63,651 nucleotides of DNA, taken from positions 106,208,417-106,272,067 of the forward strand of contig NC_068987.1 in assembly GCF_001194135.2 (NCBI RefSeq), given 5' to 3'. The stretch is from Octopus bimaculoides. Its lineage: Eukaryota. Below are positions 62,649-63,651 of this stretch, in pieces. The notes under the pieces were generated by a model, which had not been told where the DNA came from, made no database searches, and worked only from the letters and a program-made list of their open reading frames with translations. Numbering within the stretch: position 1 is the stretch's first letter; each line of letters starts with the position of its first letter. A program made the translations under genes and the position numbers.

Positions 62649-62960
62649 TCAACAAGATACAAGACCAGATATTGCAACAACTTGGGCTTCAAGAGTCCAC
62701 ATTTCTTCAATATATGTTCCCACAAAGCTTGAGTGACCTACATACATGGGCTGGATGTAAGCCTCTACAAGGCATAATCGGATTTCTTCTTGTCATGAGT
62801 TCCAGATGAAACGACCACGCAGCAAGAAACTCAGACGATTGCAGCAAAATCAAACTCCCTTATCCAACAAATGCCACATCAGAGGAGGTTTAGTTAAAGT
62901 GTAGCAAAGAAAATGGCGGTGCTCCGGTGCGGCCTCAGTTCTGGAGCTGAAACTAGAAAA
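62646..62960 (+). mobile_element. Second copy of the CR1/L2-like LINE 3' end
   Basis: STRYKTRYCNNLGFKSPHFFNI and AAATGCCACATCAGAGGAGGTTTAGTTAAAGTGTAGCAAAG match 9345-9595 (AAATGCCACACATTAGAGGAGGTTTAGTGAAAGTGTAGCAAAG). Confidence 0.88.
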
Positions 62961-63608
62961 GAAATATGTGTGTGTGGGTAGCCGTGCGTGTGTGTGGATT
63001 TATCTATAAATTATAGGTCTAACCAATTCGTACTGTATCCATATCACTTGCGTTTACACTATTCCAGTTACTAGGCCTGGATCCATACGATCTTTGGAGA
63101 AAAAAGGACAATCGCAAAAGGTACCAGGAATGGGTTCGGTCTTCATATATTATGACTGAAAAGCACATTTCTGGAAAATCGATTATCTGTGAATCATAAA
63201 TATATATTATACTTACACTGACACACAAACAATCCACGCTAACAGTCACTGATACGCGTAGACACTATACAAGCAAAGCAATAGCAAATTGATACTGCCA
63301 TAGACGCACAATAAAAGGATTATCTCAAACAGTGTATCTATACTTTTGTTTGTGTACGATATGTATACATACTACAGATGAATAATACTTATACCTTTAT
63401 GTATATGTACAAACAAGTGTGTGTTTATACATATACAGATAGATGTATAAGTTCATTTGTATAAACACACACACACGCATACACACACACATACACGCAC
63501 GTTTATATATTTGTGCATATAAGTATATGTACGTACATAATATACACGCAAATATATACATATGCATATATATATAAGTGTTGTATATATATATATAAAT
63601 ATATGTAG

Positions 63609-63651
<43 letters not shown>

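Noticed and set aside
155-63618. Long ORFs of YI, TH, CV, LS or X runs in the ORF track
   Set aside because: They are translations of (TA)n, (CA)n, (GA)n microsatellites and N-gaps
1-63651. CRISPR array, rRNA, intact tRNA, prokaryotic operon or viral genes
   Set aside because: No repeat-spacer periodicity, no rRNA motifs, tRNA-like pieces lack a pairing anticodon arm, and there are no long non-repeat ORFs

Overview
AT-rich animal genomic DNA, not prokaryotic; no CRISPR, rRNA or intact tRNA seen. The extreme (TA)n/(CA)n/(ATAG)n/trinucleotide microsatellite load and the SINE families present most resemble an octopus scaffold (inference). There are 16 N-gaps, nearly all inside microsatellites. 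Almost every ORF in the supplied track is a microsatellite or gap translation. Well-supported content is decayed mobile DNA: a CR1/L2-group LINE (plus two more copies of its 3' end), two R4/Dong-clade RLE LINE fragments, three RTE fragments, a Tc1-like transposase with DD36E spacing, two rearranged mariner relics, a 153-bp TA-flanked MITE, a 134-bp hairpin and four tRNA-derived SINE-like families. Between the repeats are about 20 short plus-strand segments with AG/GT splice sites and open, often phase-compatible frames. These suggest one or more multi-exon genes for a secreted or membrane glycoprotein, possibly with very divergent MAM-like repeats. That model was built by eye, cannot be named, and has low-to-moderate confidence.
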